Positions 63,953 through 64,000 of a stretch of DNA of 64,000 bases are shown here, piece after piece. A program made the position numbers and the translations under genes. The stretch is from Somniosus microcephalus (taxonomy: Eukaryota): the NCBI GenBank assembly GCA_052327205.1, contig CM126217.1, forward strand, positions 44,454,001 to 44,518,000, written 5' to 3'. Within the stretch, counting starts at the first letter, position 1. Each line of letters opens with the position of its first letter. Below the pieces are notes generated by a model. The model ran no database searches. It worked only from the letters and a program-made list of their open reading frames with translations, and had not been told where the DNA came from.

Positions 63953-64000
63953 GTTGGGTGGGGGAGAAAGACTGCGAAAACAGGGTCAGCCAATTGACAT

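Overview
Vertebrate genomic DNA, most likely a cartilaginous fish (shark-like repeat landscape: abundant CR1 and L2 LINE fragments, tRNA-headed Deu-type SINEs, PIF/Harbinger elements, a Penelope-type hammerhead fragment). I see no complete host protein-coding ORF; every long ORF in the track is transposon-derived or produced by a tandem repeat. Host architecture is inferred only from signals. The 3' end of an unidentified + strand gene (candidate alternative terminal exons and poly(A) sites) lies at about 7.4-15.5 kb. A small CpG-rich promoter-like region lies at 17.2-17.9 kb. A TE-poor, CpG-retaining domain spans about 20.5-31.3 kb and contains a promoter and a first exon ending ATG CAG|GTGAGT at 27552-27557. 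The rest of the window looks like a TE-filled intron. Most notable: (1) two minisatellites 26 kb apart, with different periods (34 bp and 19-20 bp) and different host contexts, share an 18-bp core, GGATCAG(T/A)CCGGGGGAAA; (2) a 96-bp insertion with a 14-bp TSD carries a hammerhead ribozyme core; (3) a diverse Harbinger community is present, with both transposase and Myb/SANT remnants, exact TIRs/TSDs and reiterated subterminal motifs; (4) a 229-bp solo LTR; (5) a roughly 100-bp-period array of tRNA/LF-SINE-like heads; (6) pogo-type MITEs carrying RFX boxes and a splice donor. Family names come from my recall of motifs, not from database searches.
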